Assembly: GCA_002104905.1 (NCBI GenBank)
Contig: MCFE01000752.1
Span: 1 to 39,242, forward strand
Source: Basidiobolus meristosporus CBS 931.73
Taxonomy: Eukaryota; Fungi; Basidiobolomycota
Direction: 5' to 3'
DNA: 39,242 nucleotides
Part shown: positions 37,038 to 39,242 of the stretch, in pieces
Position numbering within the stretch: the stretch's first letter is position 1
How the letters are laid out: each line of letters begins with the position of its first letter
Notes under the pieces: model-generated
The model's database searches: none
What the model was told of the DNA's origin: nothing
The model's input: the letters and a program-made list of their open reading frames with translations, nothing else
Made by a program: the position numbers and the translations under genes

Positions 37038-39242
37038 TTAGGGGGGGGAGACAGTCACCAACAGGTGAAATCTTTATTTCAGTTGAAACAAAGAAGCCAG
37101 CGCTACTGTTGTAGCTTTGATACAAGAGTGTGTAGCTGAGGGGAATTTGTAGGTAAGTTAATAAGAAGTGATGATAGTTCTTCAGTGCTCAAGACACTGT
37201 TCAGTGGGAGGGGGGGTAGCAAGAGAGGTAAGAATGACTTGTGAACAACATTAATGAGGGGAATGTGATAAGGATTGATATTCATCATAAAGGGAGTGTG
37301 CTGCTGCAGATATTGCTGCCAAAGGTCTGTCAAGTACTTCAGGTAGGCCAGCTTGGGTTTTTCTGACTGCAGAATAAATTCAGCAAACTTCTTGACTTCA
37401 GGATCTCCAAGTATAGTTCTCCAGCAGGAGTCAGGTGTAGTGTGGTGTGTTCTCTTCCAGGCCTTAATCAGTGGGTTGTTGCAGTTGTGAAGTCTGAGGT
37501 ATAATCTGGTTCTAAGGTAGAGAAGTCTGATCTTATAGGGCATAAACCCAAAAGCACCAAGAATAGCATGTCTGTAGGGGCATTCAGGCAAATGAGGCAC
37601 CAAGGAGGTAATGCACCATACTGCAAACTTGTCAAGCTTAGTGCAGTCTCTAGAAGTAAGAGAGAGAAGTGGTAAGCCAAATTCCAGGACAGGGAAGACA
37701 AACTGCTTGAGTAGAAGGAGGCAGCTTGGAGCTGAAGTTGTAGGAGGAGTAACAGCCAGTAGCTTGTGGAGTGCCTGTCTTGCCAGGATAATTCTCTTCT
37801 TCAGGTGTGCTCCAGAGTCTAGTCCAGTAGGAAGGAAAGGAAAGCCAAGATATGTAGCAGAAACCTGAGCAGGTAGAGTGGAGTTCTCCAAGTTGATGGG
37901 AGAGCCCAAAGGTACTGTCTTTGCAATGGAAAGCTGGAGATTATTCTTCTGCAGATACTGGTGGATGGTCTGGGAGTCTTGTTGCACATTGGAGGAGGAT
38001 ATTCTGATGTCATCAGCAAAGAGAGTAACCAGGCAGTCAGCTGAGAGTCTTGGGAAATCATTCAGGAAGATGGCAAACAGTATAGGACCAAGCACAGAGC
38101 CTTGAACCACTCCATTAGGAACTGAGAACACAGCTGATTGCTCACTTGGGTGCAGAATTCTTGCTTGTGGATCCAGAAACAGAGACCTGACAAGGAGGGT
38201 GAGAGAGGTACTGGAGAAGCATTGCAACTTGGACCAAAGCAGATTTCTGTCAACTGAATCAAAGGCCTTAGTAATATCAAACAGAACAGAGGGATACTTG
38301 CACTGGAGAGAGTGATCTTGGCTAAGTATGACTGCATATTCCAAGGAGAGGCCAGGAACAAAGCCAAACTGTGCAGGATGAAACTTGAGGGAGTCAGAGT
38401 AGAGCTCCTGAGCAAGCAGAAGCTCAAACACCTTTCTGCAGGTGGGCAGCAGAGATATTGGCCTGTAGGAGCTAGGATCCAGGTGCTTTCCTTTACCCTT
38501 GTACAGTGGCAGAACATTTGCAAAGGACCATTCCTCAGGAGTAGAAAGCTGGGCTGAGCATTGCTGAAACAGTGGAAGCAGAAGTGCAGACATGGCCTTG
38601 GTACTAGTCTTCAGAAGCTCATAGGAGATTGTGTCCACACCTGGAGCAGTAGAGTTGGGAAGCCTCTTCAGCACATTATGGATTCTCCTTTGATCAAGTG
38701 CAAGTGGGATGGGCAGAGTCTTGAAGTCAGGATGAAAGCCAGGAGTTGAGTACTGCTTTGTAGAGAAGAAGATGTTAGCCAGCTGTTCTGTTGAAGGTAA
38801 CTTCCTGGAAGAGGGCCTCATTGCCCTGTAGAGTCTTGATACTGTTCTTGTTATAGAGTTGGAAGATTGCAGAGGCAAAGAACTCATAATATGATCCCAG
38901 AGCTGAGTATGCAGAGTGTGGTGAATTGCCTTGGAGTGGTGTATTGCTGTCAGGAGGAGTTTCTCTGTTTTTGGGTTAGGAAACTAAGGTAGCTTTGTTG
39001 CAGGGCTGAAACAATGGATTCCCATTTTCTTGAGGTAACAGCAGTAGTCTTGCATGGCAGTGAGAGGGAGGCAGACACCAGAATCAGATGCTTCACAAAG
39101 AGCCAGGCAAAGTTGAGATCATCTGGCAGAGAAAGTAGCAAACTGGCAAGCTTCAAGTAGTTCCCAAAGTCTTTCTTCTGATTCTTGGTAGCTTTGTGGG
39201 TGAGCACAGTAAGTTTGGCAGCTTCTTCTTCACACTGGTTGC
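37038..39242 (-). mobile_element. Non-LTR retrotransposon family A (continues beyond window)
   Basis: RT ORF plus conserved 3' terminus TTA-G8 at 37038-37048. Confidence 0.9.
37103..38887 (-). CDS. Non-LTR (LINE-type) reverse transcriptase, ORF2 C-terminal part
   Basis: APGVD, YRPISLL, QFGF, LFDITKAFDSV, QGSVLGPILF, FADD, YLGF. The frame stays open upstream to a TAG at 38984-38986 and overlaps an upstream frame that is open to the window edge. Confidence 0.92.
   Translation of the reverse strand: MSSLPLQSSNSITRTVSRLYRAMRPSSRKLPSTEQLANIFFSTKQYSTPGFHPDFKTLPIPLALDQRRIHNVLKRLPNSTAPGVDTISYELLKTSTKAMSALLLPLFQQCSAQLSTPEEWSFANVLPLYKGKGKHLDPSSYRPISLLPTCRKVFELLLAQELYSDSLKFHPAQFGFVPGLSLEYAVILSQDHSLQCKYPSVLFDITKAFDSVDRNLLWSKLQCFSSTSLTLLVRSLFLDPQARILHPSEQSAVFSVPNGVVQGSVLGPILFAIFLNDFPRLSADCLVTLFADDIRISSSNVQQDSQTIHQYLQKNNLQLSIAKTVPLGSPINLENSTLPAQVSATYLGFPFLPTGLDSGAHLKKRIILARQALHKLLAVTPPTTSAPSCLLLLKQFVFPVLEFGLPLLSLTSRDCTKLDKFAVWCITSLVPHLPECPYRHAILGAFGFMPYKIRLLYLRTRLYLRLHNCNNPLIKAWKRTHHTTPDSCWRTILGDPEVKKFAEFILQSEKPKLAYLKYLTDLWQQYLQQHTPFMMNINPYHIPLINVVHKSFLPLLLPPLPLNSVLSTEELSSLLINLPTNSPQLHTLVSKLQQ

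Overview
Intron-containing eukaryotic genomic DNA with ~56-69 nt GT-AG introns. The gene content (ZRSR2, an ICE2/NARG2 homologue, CBM18-CE4 deacetylase, IQ-BAG protein) points to an early-diverging fungus, Basidiobolus-like; this is inference only. Positions 1-31 kb hold mostly minus-strand housekeeping genes: ZRSR2-like, a CLASP_N protein, a ~4.7 kb gene apparently fusing an ICE1-like coiled coil to ICE2, a decayed mitochondrial uS13 gene, BC10/BLCAP, an MFS transporter, a forkhead TF, G-protein gamma, two hevein-domain surface proteins and a BAG protein. Positions 31.4-39.2 kb are a nested retroelement island. It contains a dead Ty1/copia element with a same-family solo LTR inside its RT, and two head-to-tail arrays of non-LTR retroelement pieces from at least three subfamilies, one encoding only an ORF1/gag-like protein. 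All six non-LTR 3' ends share a covarying hairpin (double hairpin where long enough) plus an oligo(C)-(U)AA terminus instead of a poly(A) tail, and these elements are almost free of CpG. All family assignments come from recognising motifs by eye and recalled consensus sequences; no search was run.
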